From Owenia fusiformis (taxonomy: Eukaryota), in assembly GCA_903813345.2 (NCBI GenBank), contig CAIIXF020000001.1, positions 29,512,001-29,576,000 on the forward strand: DNA of 64,000 nucleotides, read 5' to 3'. Under the pieces are notes generated by a model. That model was not told the DNA's origin and did no database searches. It saw nothing but the letters and a program-made list of their open reading frames with translations. The position numbers and the translations under genes were made by a program. The first letter of the stretch is position 1. The number at the start of each line of letters is the position of its first letter. Of the stretch, positions 49,163 through 63,650 are shown in pieces.

Positions 49163-52100
49163 ATGTATATACATTCAAAGTCTCATTCCTAGACATGAGA
49201 GGTGGTATGATGTTCCTGCTATTTCAGGTCAGAGTGATAAAATTCCAATAACATGTCAAAATGACATTTTATAGAACCAAACAAACATTTAAAAATGACT
49301 CTACAAAGTGCTCAAGAATGTCAAATAAAAATAAAATTCATTTGTCAATTGATATATCTGAACAACAGGTTTATTAATACAGACTGACTCAGGGGAGCTT
49401 ATCCCTTTATCAGTGAATTTTATTGAGTCTAAATGAAAGCAGTTGAGCCTAGGCTAACAACTGAATTATTAATTATTAATCATATCACTGTTTTATCAGT
49501 GATAAACCCATAGAGCAAACATCACTGATCCTTGGAAGTTATGGAAATTGATGAGATAGGGAAGGGGGGGGGGGTCAAGCAAGTAATCATGTTTTCCCTA
49601 CATGTGGAATATATGACATACTTATACATCCCCTTATCCTTTTGAGATTGGAATGACTTGCGTTTAGTTCAGTAATTATTCTTATCACAAAACAATGGGT
49701 CTACTTATTAACAACAATAGCCAATCAGCAATAAACCTAAACCATAAACCTAACTTTCTATGTTCTGTTTAGTCTGCTATAGTTCTATCTTATCTTTAAC
49801 TTAAATTGATCATATACTGTAGCTCTGTCATACAGTGTGATAAGTCATATCCAGAAAAGTTCAGGATAACAAGGTAGGATTAATACAACATTTCTGCTCA
49901 TATATTCAATACTTGTATAGTGTATACGCAGTATATGTTTTAATTTACTTGAATTCTTGCAAGGAATACAATGTTCAAGGTCTCCCGCCTTCCTATTCTC
50001 TCAAATAAGGCATTCTGATACTCAGAGCATCTTTCTGTTTCATATAAAACATGATCATCTCAGGGCTGAAAAGAAATGAGATGTCATGATTTATCATGAT
50101 GCATTCTATAATGTAATAATGTATTCTATAGGGTGGTTTGTATATTATGTAGCAAGGTTCATTTATCCTTTCAAATTAGATTCATATTAAATGATGATCA
50201 TACATCACACTGATATTTTTCAGATTTTGTCACACTGTATTTGTAACTATCTTGAATTTTTGTAATTTACATTTTCGTCATGCTGTACTTGTATTTTACA
50301 ACTACATGTACATTGTATTTTTGTATTCAATAGTTAGTTTAGTCTCATTTTAATTCAGCATAAATTGTAATGACTAATAGGTTATGCTTATGATATCAGA
50401 GAGTCAGATAAAGTGCTGTAATGTTAATTAAAGTGAAGTGAAGACAGATATATCCAGTAAAATGATAGGCAATATAGGTTCATGAAATAAATACATTTGC
50501 TCTGGGATTGATCTATATCCCTTGACAGTGAGTCACCAAATAATGTATTAACCCTAAAAGGAAAGGCAATTTAGTTCCTCATAAAAAGGGATAATAGCAA
50601 ACACACATGTTGATCTCCAATGAGAATGATGACAAGTTGAGATAGGATTTTTTATTTCGAAGCTAAAACAGGATAAAAAGCAATATTATGCAACACTAGT
50701 ACAAGCTAGAAGAGAATCCGCATCCAGGAGAATTCAACTGGTGAAGTATTTATATCGTTTCATTTTCTTGTTTCTGTGAATGAAAACATACTGGATAACT
50801 AGTCATCTCTTAATTCATAGTATTTTGAATTTTTATTAATTGGTATGGCCATTATTTGGGACGTCAAAATGGTCATTTTGTACATATTGTACATTTGATA
50901 ATTTCATTTTTTAGAAATGGGATATGCCATTTTGATATTTATACCGAGCAAAATCAAATAAGATAAATCGAAAAGTGATTTAGCATGTTATCTTATCTGT
51001 TCTTCCATATTATTATAGGATTTTGTTCATATGGTGTTGTATAAGAGGAGATAAAGAGGAGGAGGGGAGGGAAGGGAAGGGGAGGGAAGTAAAATATTTA
51101 TCTATATTGACTCTTTAGATGTCTTAATTTGAGACATTAGTCTCTACAAAAATAAAATTAATTCACTACACTACACTTAACTATACTTAGTTATCATAAT
51201 ACAATGTAAAACAAAACAATATATTATGATTCAGCCAAATCAGCGTAATATGCTTGATATAGAGATTAATTGCAGTATATAGGATTATTCTTTATGGTGT
51301 CTCTTGGATATGTATCTATTCTATTGTTGCATTAGGATTCATATTTTGTTTAATCTTCTAGGTTGAATATACATGCACACTATCATTGCAACTCTGCATT
51401 CCCATGGTGGGATAGCGCCATGACTCACATATAGGCTTAATCAAGAGGGAGGGGGTCTATGAGGTCTTCATGGGTTTTCCTTCCCTCATATTTTATATTT
51501 ATTTTTACCTTACATTATAGGGTGCTATTTAAATTACCTTGATCATTATAATTTGTTATTTAATACATTATAAGGTGTTATAAACCAATCATATGTATTT
51601 ATACCTATTCTTGACTTCCCTATTACTATCAGACTTACTATTTTACGACTACATGACGTACTAGGTAACTTCACATTAAAACGACTATTATAAGGTCTCA
51701 TCTAATGATGCCTTTGGGCATGACTTGCATACATACAAGGCTGTGTACCTGATATTTCAATATACATGTAGGGTGTTCTGAAAGTAAAAATGTTTTGATC
51801 TCAATGACATATATACATACTTGACAACTCAAGTATTTTATTTCACTACAGAATATAGGTTATCATGTAGATTTCATATAATTCATAAAATGAAACGTGT
51901 GAATACTAAAAGGCGAAAACAATAATCAGATCAATAAACAATTACAGAAATTAATTTGGCGATAAACTGTCACAATAGGTTTGATAAATTAATCAAACAT
52001 ATACACAGCTAGGGTAGAATAGAGTTGACTAACATAAACATTATACATGGTATGAATGTTTCTCATTCTGCCTAGATAGAATTATTTTTAGATATATATA

Positions 52101-55013
52101 TATATCTTTTATTGACTCTTTAGATGTCATATCATGACATATTAGTCACTAAGGTAGATAGCATATACAAGTATTGTTCATATTTTAATTCATGAATATA
52201 CTATGCTCTTATGCCTCTTATATACTTAATCAATGGGAATCTCAATCAATGGACAGCATATGTGATGGCGCCTTGTGATTCTTATTAACAATTTATGAAG
52301 ACACATTCCAGGTGTGAAGAGTCATTCATTTAGAGAATTTAATGATTTAATTTCATTAGCAAATGTAATAGCTGATTAAACATGCATGTTAGACTCCCTT
52401 ATGAAATACAGTGTCTTTCCTGCAATGTCCATTCTAAAGGGTTATGCAGTACAGTAGAACCTGCTAAATGGAATATCTCTGTATGTGGAACACCTTGCAA
52501 GTGGAACACATTTTGACAGAACCAAAGGTATTCTACTTACACAGGTTTTACTGTCTTGAAAAATCATTATTTCACCTGACGGTCCCATATTTGGGATACA
52601 AAGAATGTGTACTAATTCTTCAGGCCACTCATGTTTTTCAGGTTATCAGACTGGAACTTTGTTGAGAGTGTATAGTGTTCCCAGTCATGTTTAGGAAAAT
52701 AGTTGCATGAATTTACACACATATATTACATGTGTCATTGCACATTGTCACTGCATTGTTCAGTTGTTGCCAAAAATGAATAGAAAAATGCTAAGATGTG
52801 AGATCATGTCATCTGATGTTTTCAGTGTATGTGTCACATTCAACATTTTGAAAGGAATTAATATGCAGCCGTTTTCAACTGAGTTTATTTAGAAAATACA
52901 AGGATAAAATGGTATAACATAAACAAGAAAGTCAGTGAAATTTGAAATTCCCATATATGCGGTTATGAACACCTTCTGTGAAACTTTGAAAATCACAAAA
53001 CTTCATTTTAGAGGCTTTTTTCATAACCTATGGAGTCTCATAACCTATTGATGGTCCATGTACATGGCTAAGAAAAGTATTTCTGAAATGTCCTATGATG
53101 TAAGCATCTGTTTCCTTGACTAAGCACAGTATAGTATTATATCTTTATGAACAATTATGTATACGTTAACCATCTAAGTACATGTATGGCTATGATCCAG
53201 GTTAGTCAACTGAATTGAAATTCAGTTGATATGTTTTACCAACTTGTGTATTTTTAGAGTACAAGCTGTCACCAGATGTGATGCAGGCATTACATTGAAG
53301 GAACCTACAAATAACATACAGCAATAGAGGAGTGCCATGTCTGTGGAAATTGACCAGACAACATGTGAGGAACATAGCCTCGCATCACCTCTCAAAATTC
53401 TCAACAGAGGACCAGAGTACTTCAAAATGAGGATGTTAGAGAGAGATTCAGGTCTTTTGGGTAGGTGTGGATACCTTAGAATATAGTGAACAAACACATT
53501 GATGCTCTCAGCAATACTAAAAATTTAAAACAAAATGTATTTATAGCTCTGCCACTGTATAGTAAGTGCTACATGGTTGATGGTAGGTGTGCAGCATATG
53601 TTTTTTGTCATTTAACAATGTTTTATATAACATGTCAATGTAATGGAAAATTTTAAGTTTTATTACCTCCATAAAAAATAAAGGGTCGCCAGTAATGTCT
53701 TGGAAACCACTTAAAATGGTTTAAAGGACATGTTCCATGAAATGAACAGATAAGGTTAATCAAGACATTGAATTCAGTTGTAACATAAATATTCTCCAAT
53801 TGAAATATCAAGTTACCTTCATGTATAGTTTTGATCTTTACTAGTAGTTAAGGTCAACTGGTCCTCGTCTTTACTTCTTAAATGTGTAACTTTTGTACAA
53901 TATATACACATGAGATGATGACGACAAGAATTTTGGAGTAGGTTAACCTGTGTACAGAACAAAGCGAGTTAAAATTCATGACAATGCCCTGTAGGTGTGT
54001 TAGTTTTGCCTTTTACTGACGTCAAGGTCCTTGGCCAATGAATATGTCTTCTCATTCTTTGGTCACATGTAAAGAGACAAATGAGAGAGTTGGGAATGTG
54101 ACCGTGATATAATAATAATCAAACTTCTTTTCATTAAAGTGCAACCCAAGGCCACCGACTGAAAGACTTTTCACTGATATATTTTCTTGCAGTCATGAAC
54201 ATAACTGTTTTATATTTATAATATACACCAATCTCGGAATAGAGTCCTGTTTTATGTACATGGATTTTATGTAAACTCAATTTAGATGATAATATTCACA
54301 AATACATTGAGCATTTTCAGAAAATTCTTCAAAAGGTTGAAGTGGTTTAAGAGGTTAAGTTTTTCACAAAAGAGGTTTTCGGAAGAGAGAGAGGGTAGTT
54401 TAGAGAATACAACACCAAGAAAATGCATGCTGGTGGCTCCCAGAGGGTATACACATTTTTCACCAAGTGCTTTTTTCATCTCCAATCAAATTGCAGGATT
54501 CGATCACGTGAACAATCATGGGCACATGCTCTCTCAGTGCTGCGCATGCGCAGAGTTAAATTTGAAATCGTGGGAATGGCGTTTACATCAGTTCAACATC
54601 GTCATTTCAAACCTACGGTAATACTATTGAAGTTACTCGATCCATAGGTAGGTACGAAAAATTTCGAACTGAATGCGTGACATATACGTAATTCGCGTGA
54701 AAAGTACGAACGAAATGCGTATTTTTTTCCCACGTTCTATTTTTCCTGTGTAGACAATCTTTTTTAGAAATTTTTCTACAGAAATATTTTTGTATTTTGT
54801 ATATTTACCAGGTAAAATGCGTATTTGCGTGACATTTTCTGTCACGCAAAAATAACTGGCGTGACTTCAAATTCTTCAGCAAATGCGTGACAAATACGCA
54901 AATTGCGGGACAGTTGACAGGCCTGCAAGTGGGCAAGTCAATTATTTTGCAGGGGTGGCATGATACACAGATTTTAATTTTGTATATAGTGAATTCCCAG
55001 TGATTGATTTCAG

Positions 55014-55375
55014 TACAGTAAAACTGTCATAGTGAACACCTCTTTAGTGAAGATCTGTGCCCAGTGACATGCCTCTACTCTATTGAACACCTGTGTATAT
55101 TATAGTGAACACCGATTCCGTCCCAGCCAGTGAGTTCAGTACAGTAAAAATATCCTAATGAACACCTCCCTTTAGTGAAGATCTGTGCCCAGTGAAAACA
55201 TGCGTCTACTCTATTGAACACCTGTGTATAGTGAACACCAATTTCCAGTACAGTAAAACTGTCATAATGAACATCTCTTTAGTGAAATACTGTGCCCAGC
55301 GAACATATGAGTATACTCTATTGAACACCTGTGTGTAAGCAAACACCAATTCCCAGCCAGTGATTTCAGTAACTT
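55014..55375. repeat. Three tandem ~110-125-bp copies of a MITE left end
   Basis: CAGTACAGTAAAA...TGAACACCTC...TTTAGTGAAGATCTGTGCCCAG...CTCTATTGAACACCTGTG repeated at ~55011, ~55137 and ~55246. Confidence 0.75.
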
Positions 55376-57191
55376 TTAGAGGGGATTGTACCTACAGTAA
55401 AATCTGTCTAATCCAAGGGACCAGCTCAGAGCGTTCGGATAAGGAGGTGTTCACATTTTGAGGTTTTGCATTTGCAAGATTTGGGTTTTTGAAGAAATAG
55501 AAAGAAATTCTCAATAAATATTATAGTTCTTTTGACTACTTAGCTTTGGCATTAGAGTGACATGAAAATCTGATTCAAATGAATTTAGTCATCCTAGAAA
55601 GCCCCACCATGAGTGAGATCGTTCAAGTTTTTTTCAAATATTTGATCAATTTATGGAACATGTGATATTTTATGTGTTCAGATTAGATAGGTTAATTTTC
55701 AAACATGACTGTTCACTGTCAAAATTGGGAGATGCTCATATTTCAAGTTTTTTAAACATTTGAGTCAATGGGAGAAAAAACGGGACCAAAAAATGTTCAA
55801 ATTGGGAGGTGTTTGGATTAGCCAAGTGTTCAGATATACAGGTTTTACTGTACTACAATTGTTTTCAATCTTTTGGAGGAAAGTGTACATCATTCCAGAG
55901 AAATGACAGATGCATTGTATATACAGTGATCGCCTACTATTAAAAGTGCGTGATCAAAGACTCGACAAGATGCGCAAAATTCAAATATTTTGTAACGGTT
56001 ACTTTTAAAAGATTTATTTGTGTTTATATTACAGGCTACTGGTAATTCAATTAGGTTTTGTAGGCACAAGAACACCCATATGCTTTGAGAAATATATATT
56101 AGTTTGACCATTTTTCGTATATGTTATTGATTTTACAATTTAAAGATATAAATGCGATACAATATGTGTTATTTTATTTAAAAAGCTTGAAAATATCAAA
56201 AACAATAGAACATTTTTACCTCTTTAATTTTTTATACTTAGGTAGGGTCTTGGACTTCCATTTGACCATGATGAAATTCACGTTTCCCCTTCAATAACAT
56301 GGAATAAATATTTTAACACAGAAACGAATGGATCAGCCAATAGCGTGAGTTTCAGCAAACCATACACCCATATCTATATGCTTTTCAAGAGAAGAAAATG
56401 GGGATCTCGCAAAATGTATGTCCAAACTGATTCAGTCAATTAAATGGTCACTGTGTGTGTGTCCATTTTGTTTTTCTGCCTAGATTTGAATACATTACCA
56501 TTAAATGATATATACACTGAACCTCTAGAACCTGCTAAGTGAAACACCTCTTGAAGCGTAACACCTTACAAGTGGAACCGTTTTTTAAGTTCCATTTTAG
56601 TCCATTTATTTTACGCCTCTGATCCCAAGGTATGAGAACTATACACCTTGGCATCCAAGATGATTGTCGAATTGTAATGTAATTGTAATTGTAATAAAAT
56701 ATAAAATCTGAATTGTACATTATCTATTTCATTGGGGAGTTAAATCATTCTTTTGCAGCAAGGTATCAATAAGTAATGTAATGACGTAATAACCTTCAGT
56801 AGATGCCAGTAGTCAGTTCCCAGTTTCACCACGAGGTGGCTAACTTGGGTCATATATAAATGACAGGTATAAGGGAAAACTCCTCTAAGGTAGTCAATAT
56901 TCAGTAGATTTATTGATCAATTTTCAACTAAGGTCTATAAGTGATTAGCTTGAGAATTTTAGAATTGTATGTAATCGAATGCAAAATAAACGACCAGTGA
57001 GCGTTTTTAGAGAAACTCTACAAAATGTGAAATAAATACCATGCTATTATCTCTAATGACAGAGTTATGTGGATCGATGGGACCGAGTAAAAGTTCCAGT
57101 TTAGGCTTTGCTCAGAGGGGTATCATCTCAGATTAACTGGTGGACACTATTGGAGAATGAGAGTCTATTGTAATTTCAGAATCATTTATTG

Positions 57192-57545
57192 TCATTTCAT
57201 TACTAATTGATATTCTCGTTCTATTGCAATTTCATTGGTAATTTTATTTGATTTTTTAGCAGTTGTTGAATCAGAGATTCTGGATGATTTCATTCGATTA
57301 TTGTCAATCACTGAAATTGTCATGAATTCATCACTTTCTACAAGTATGTGTTTATTTATTGATTTCACTTCATTTGGTATTATTCCAGAGAAATTTCTTG
57401 TTATCATTCTAGATTTGCCTCTATTTTCAGTAATCTTTCTCATCTTCATCTCTTCTTCTTCATGATGTTCTACAAGGTGGTTTATAATGATTTGAAATTT
57501 AGGAGTTCGTAATGAAGGACAGTAAAATCATGTAAACCCAACCAC
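57192..57545 (-). pseudogene. Decayed C2H2-like zinc-finger coding fragment
   Basis: The minus frame reads VVGFT*FYCPSLRTPKFQIIINHLVEHHEEEEMKMRK...NFSGIIP. TGA (57530-57528) sits where the first Cys would be, and stops follow downstream. Confidence 0.45.
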
Positions 57546-57757
57546 TCTGAAATGCAAAGAACATATCATTAGAATCCACATGGTAAAATCACCCACTTGG
57601 CTGATCATAAATTGTTTTCATAACATCCTTCTTACTCGATACTGAAGGGGAGTTGGAACGTCTGATATGCATGTAATGTTAAGTATTATGTATATTAACC
57701 ATAAGCATGTTGGTTTTGTGGTTTTGGTAATCTAAAAACAGAAAATTTGGTGAAATA

Positions 57758-58813
57758 CAGGGTGTTCCATATGTTTTAGGAATGATGCTGTGTTTTATTG
57801 GTTTTCTTTTCAATCTAACTGAATTTTTGACACAATGTTTCCAAACATGTTTTGAATAAGTTGGTAAAGTTTCATATCGTGAAGTTCAGTAGTCTTAATA
57901 ATATGGTTGCTATAGTAACCTAGGGGTAGGGTAGGTGGAGCAGGTGTAACAACGCGCAAAATATATGAAATATTTGTAAAAATAGTTTTTTTGTAAGAAG
58001 CGTGATTAAGTATTAGGTTGTCAGAGTTGGATCAAACTTGTCAGTAATTAAACAAAAATGAAGGTGGATTCCAAGAAAGTAAAAGAATGTCATCACTTTT
58101 GATAACATCACAATATAAACACCTGTCATGTCATGAGTCACATAGGAGAATAAACACAGGTCATTTTGGACGAGCGACCATCTTGAAAAGTGAAAAAGTC
58201 ATTAGCAAAGGAAACCTTCGACTTAGGAAACGCACTACAATCTGTGACAAGACATGTGTGAATAACAGTTTTCTGCAGCAGACACAATTAAACTCCTAAC
58301 GAATGCACATGGGGACTCAATGATGGTAACCTCTAGAGTGTATGAGTGGTACAAGCGGTTCAAATCTGAAAGGGGAACAGAGACCGATAATCCAAAATGT
58401 GGGCATCCGAGAACAGTGAGAGCCCTAACTAATGTGGATGGGATGGATGCTGAAATAATGATTATGGCTAATAAAGGGTGTGATAACATTTATAATTTCC
58501 AGGAATCCACCTTTATTCTTTTTAATTTTCAACAAGTATGATGCGACTATGACAAATTAATACTTTGAACACTTTATACAAAAACTACTATTTTTACAAA
58601 AATGTCATGTTTTGCCTGTTGTTACACCTGCTCCACCTACCCTACCCCTAGGTCACTATAGCAACTATATTATTCAGTCTACTGAGTTTTATGATATGAA
58701 ACTTTTCCAACTTATTCACAACATATTTGGACACATTTTGTTAAAAAATCAGCTAGATTGAAAAGAAAACCAATAAAATACAGCATCATTTCTGAAACAT
58801 ATGGAACACCCTG
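57758..58813 (+). mobile_element. Mariner-derived element with ~240-bp TIRs and a transposase N-terminal relic
   Basis: TA|CAGGGTGTTCCATATGTTT...AAACATATGGAACACCCTG|TA. The internal VYEWYKRFKSERGTETDNPKCGHPRT resembles the mariner HTH-to-GRP region. Confidence 0.88.
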
Positions 58814-61800
58814 TATACATTTTCATTCGGCGGGTTTTTTGATATTGCTTCATTTATTAACTCAGTTCAGGTATTTCGGTTGAACCAATCACCGAATCCT
58901 GTTACCAAATGAATCTTGAGTCTCTTATACAGCATATGGAATACCATCTGTAGGTAAAATGTCATTAAGGTGGTAAAGAAAAGAGAAACAAACATACCTT
59001 TCCTCCGACATTTCGAATTTTGCGCATCTTGTCGAGTCTTTGATCACGCACTTTTAATAGTAGGCGATCACTATACATACAGTGAGGTGACACACTGTTA
59101 TGGGAACTGGTCATATCAGATGTTCCCACGCTTTTCATCCAGAAGAGGTCATTTCCCAGGATTATAGATGAACCCTTGGCCAATCAATGATATAGTTTAC
59201 ATAAGAGAAGTATGACTGTATGAATTCTGGGATATTCCTGTTTTGTTGAGACAGGTGAGAATAAAATTAACCCTTTGCAAATTTGATCAATACTGCCTCC
59301 AATCATCCAATACTTGGCTCAGTTAAAATAGTTGATTTATATTTGAATTCGATAATAACATTTAAAAATTAAATGTGTAGTAGTAATACTTTAGTACCTC
59401 TTATTAATTAATGTATAATATTACAACATACATAATGATGTAGGCAATTTGTTTCATAAAAATCTAAAAGTAAAATTCATAATTTAAATTTACCCTCTGG
59501 GAGCCCGAAAATTTTAGAAAATGCATTTTCTTGGTGATGTATTTTCTAAACTACCGAGAGAGAGGGAGTTTTTTACTAATGGTATTTACAAGAAAGTTAA
59601 TTTCATAAGAGAGAGCCATTTACTCAAGAAAAGTAGTAAAAGATCAACTTAATAGTTGGTTAACATTATTTACAATTCCATTTAATTGTGTGTTGAAGCC
59701 TCTATAAATGAACTGAATGCAGAATACAAAGAACATAAAAACACATAAATTATTTCAGACTTGGTTGTGGTGATAGAGCCTGATAACTTGGTCATTAAAT
59801 AAAACTGTAATGGATATATGTACATCTGCAAGACTATTGTTTTATGGCTTCATAATTATTCCCCTCTGGTTATGTCTGACATGGGGACCTGTCATTTCAT
59901 TTCTATGGCACTATTAATATACTTTGAGAACATTTGATTAGTTGAGTTCTACTGATGTTTACTTTTTATAGTTTTTTACCCCTTTCACTACAAATGACAT
60001 ATTGGCAATTCCCAGCTTATTTGGCTTGTTTACAAAACCAAGACTGATTAAAATGTATATAGTTGAATATAAACATGCTTGAAGTTTGTTGAAAGTCACT
60101 TCAACTTGAGCACATTTAAAAGTTAACTACATTTCTATTAAATATCATAAAGGGAGAGTGACACATTCAATGCTAATTTGATAAATTTTAATTGAACTTT
60201 ATTTTAATGTGATTTATTTTAAATTATTTTTCAAGTATGCCTGACATGTAGCATTTACAGTGTAACAGCTTGGCTAGGTACCTGTCCCCTTTATAATGAA
60301 CATTATGGACCGGATTGTACGTTGATTGAAAAAAAGTTGTCCCCTTGTATGTCAATAAGTTGTATTAGTTTATTTATTTCATATTGAATGTACAATTTGT
60401 TATTCAAATGACAAATCAACATCAAGGCTGGCAGTTGAATTCAACGAAACTAACATGTGTATTATGGTAGATTTGGTCAGTTTTGAAACAACCCCTAACT
60501 GTTATTTAGTCTAATATACATTACCTCTGTAATTTGTGCTCCTGCGGAAATTCTCAAAGTGTTGCATTACAGAACTGGGAGCCAATTTATAAAAGAGCAA
60601 AGCCAAAGAAAGGTGCAAATTACTGATTTTTCAAACAAGGATTCATTAAATTAAAGGAATTCTGAGAAGAAAAATGCTTCTTACAAGGGGTAAGAATCTG
60701 TATTGCATGAAATTATATTACTGTAATATTTTAAGATATCATGTCAATTAAAACAGTAATTTTGTAACCAGTGGTAAAAATATCATATTTTTGGCTTTTC
60801 ACAAACTATCAAATACAGCTTTTAAACCATGAGAGTGCTGTGTATGCATGCTGGTGCAGATATATCCATTTGTGGATAAAAATCATATCACTCTTAAATC
60901 ATAGGATATCCTCGATATAATCTATGATTAATTCAACATTAGTAACAGCATTGATGATACAAATGATATGTGTTGCAATCATATGATTGTTTCCTAGTGA
61001 GTGGCATGAGAAATTCAATTTACAAAAATGTTGCATGCACATTTCATAATTCTTAAAAGGTGATTTTTACTTAAAAAGGCTCATTTGTATTGATCCACAT
61101 GTATCAGTATTGATGGTGCAATTTTGAGGTTGTTTTCTATCACCAGTGAGTTGTGCAAGGCATTTGTAACAAAATGTCACATTCTTGTTGGAGTTTTTAT
61201 ACCATTGTTAGATAGAGAATAAGCCATCCCTTTCGTATGCTATAAGCATTAAACCTGTAGTATTGAGGTATCTGTTGAAAAAGTTGTTCTAGCACTTATT
61301 GGGGCACTTATAATCAAACAGCATAGAAACAGACCTAACATTAAATATTACTGACATGTATCCTTAGAGAAAGCAGCAGTATTATATCAAAAATAAATTC
61401 CACCTCAAATTCTCTTAGAAATTGACTGTCTCACAATGAGGTTTGAGTATTTTAATGCATTTATTCCAGGTACATGCATTGTCAACTGAGCAGAAACATT
61501 ATTTTACAATGCATTATGGTTTCATAATGAACTGAGCAGTGTTCTTATTGGTATAAGAGTGACACCATCACAGTGCATTATGGTTTTATAAAGAACTGGA
61601 CAATGTCATTTTTATAAAGAAGCAATGGTGTATTTGAATTGCAACTATGAAGAGCCCTGTTTCATTCTTTATTGGATTTAAAGAGGAAAACTTCAGTTAA
61701 TGGATACACCCGGGTGTCTTATGTAACATGTGAAATGCCTACCAGATAACAAACAGCCAATCAGCTGTTAGCAGGTTAGCAGGGGATGTGGCTTAGCAGT

Positions 61801-61988
61801 AATGGGTTATTTATAAACACAAGCACATGGCATTTTGTTGCTATGATTCATTCATTTATATTTATATATCCTAATTTCCCAAACATCATTGATTATTAAA
61901 CAATTCATTGTAGATATTTAGGTTATAATTGTTCATCAATTATATCTAGTATATTGTTTTCATTTCTGCAAAGTTTGGTGTATAGTCA

Positions 61989-62588
61989 TTAATCCCATAG
62001 ATGTCCCATATAATCAATTCCTCCAGGATTGGGGAGCCATCCACGCACAAGTCTTACTATACAATCTGGCATGATGTCTCTTCTGTGTCCATGATATACA
62101 TATAAGTTTCTCCTCGCATCCGTCTGCAGTGCCAATTGTTTTTTTGAAACATATCGAGGGTGCCTCCATGCACCTCTATGTTGCAGCATCACCCAGAATT
62201 TTTTGTAACATTTTTTTCTAGCTGTTGAATTCCTTTCATGAGGCTCACTGGTTTCTGTTTGCCACCACAACTGTCTAAACTGTTCTGATGTGCAACACGG
62301 GGCACAAAAACAATGTGGGCATTCATCAGTACCCAATACTGGTGGAAATATCGGAGGGCCCAATGGATCATTATCGTCACTGTCTACATCCATGTCAGTT
62401 TTAGTCTCGACTGGTTGGCTTGATTGTTCACTATTTTCACTTTCCAAATGTTGCTTCAAATCTTCAATACCAGCTTCTTTCACAGTGATGCCACAATGCT
62501 CTAAAAATGTTCGTATTGCAAGTTCTTCTGTTTCATCAGTCCATATGGCAAATATATAACGTTTTGCAGACATTTTTGCATGGAACAA
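61989..62588 (-). CDS. Cys-rich protein resembling the P2X7 C-terminal ballast / Kolobok KolX domain
   Basis: Intact 199-aa ORF in otherwise ORF-poor DNA. It has CPHCFCAPCC, N..R..CY..FW and R.IMPDCIVRLVRGWLPNPGGIDYMGH, comparable to the ballast pattern LP.C....IR..FP...G.Y.GF. The start may be MSAKR (62573). Confidence 0.7.
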   Translation of the reverse strand: MFHAKMSAKRYIFAIWTDETEELAIRTFLEHCGITVKEAGIEDLKQHLESENSEQSSQPVETKTDMDVDSDDNDPLGPPIFPPVLGTDECPHCFCAPCCTSEQFRQLWWQTETSEPHERNSTARKKCYKKFWVMLQHRGAWRHPRYVSKKQLALQTDARRNLYVYHGHRRDIMPDCIVRLVRGWLPNPGGIDYMGHLWD

Positions 62589-63650
62589 AAAATGATTATA
62601 AGTAATTGTTTATATGCTGGTTCTGATAAGAGTTTTGAATATACTGTTTATAGATAGTGGGGATGGTCACATGAGATTCTACTTCTAATACAAGTCAAGC
62701 TAAGTTCAAAATACCATATTCATTCTATCAAAATACTTGCACACTTTTCAGGATAATGCAAACCAGCAAAAATAAGTAGTTTGGGCACATTTTGGAACAC
62801 TTATGGTAATTCATTAGAAATTGCTAAAAGAGCAGTGGTAGGTAAATGGGACCTTATGGCTATGTGTTGACAGACTTATGAAGACATTTCACAAGTGTGT
62901 ATCAAATTAAAGTTAGATTATCATCATTCAAAGTCTTTTTCAATGGCAGATCCCTTGATCTTTTCGTGTCTGTTCCATGGATCTGTAATCTTCATCCCAT
63001 AATCAGACCATTACTTGTAGATTTAGACCAGCATGATCACTTGTAATGTTCTGGATAGCTACCTCCTATGGATCATCATTATCTAACCGAGGGTGTACCA
63101 CTTAGTACTCCACTTGATTAGCTACACTATAAGCTATAATAATTAATATAATAGACCATATAAATTCACATTACTCTATATCAATAAGGCACACAAATGA
63201 AAGTTGACATTTTTACTAGCCATGGATGAACACATTCTGATGACCCCTTGGATTTGCCTCAAGTCTCTGGTCACCCCCCCCCCCCCAGGATCACCCAAAC
63301 TTAATAGTAAACTATAAGATCTGACAACATGAGTAAGGAATGATGCAAGCTGGATGACAATAACTTGTTTGACATTGCTTAGTTACCAAATGGTGCGAAA
63401 GTAAGATCATTCTTGCATAAAAATGAAATGACTAAGTTAATATTTAGTTCCATGTACAAAAGTTACTTTCCTGTGTACATTTACAATTTCACCAGATCAT
63501 TGGTAAAACTGAAGAGAAGAAATCTTATCAAATGACACATCCCTGAGAACAAATCTGTCAAAACTCAAAAACCAAAACCAAGCACTTTATCAGTGATTTT
63601 CTCCTGAATAAGACATATCAATAAGCATATAAGCAAAACTATCAAAGAAA

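Larger units (their letters stand above)
55924..59073. mobile_element. ~3.15-kb TA-flanked element with ~62-bp TIRs, carrying a decayed zinc-finger ORF and a nested mariner
   Basis: TA|CAGTGATCGCCTACTATTAAAAGTGCGTGATCAAAGACTCGACAAGATGCGCAAAATTC at 55924, and its reverse complement at ~59014-59073 followed by TA. Confidence 0.8.

Noticed and set aside
50671-53460. Possible plus-strand exons (50672-50740 DKKQYYATLVQARRESASRRIQL; ~53258-53460)
   Set aside because: The second segment has stops in all frames and no coherent gene model could be assembled. At most these are decayed relics.
57528-57530. TGA at a Cys position as selenocysteine
   Set aside because: The frame has further stops downstream, lies in a transposon and has no evident SECIS. 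A nonsense mutation is more likely.
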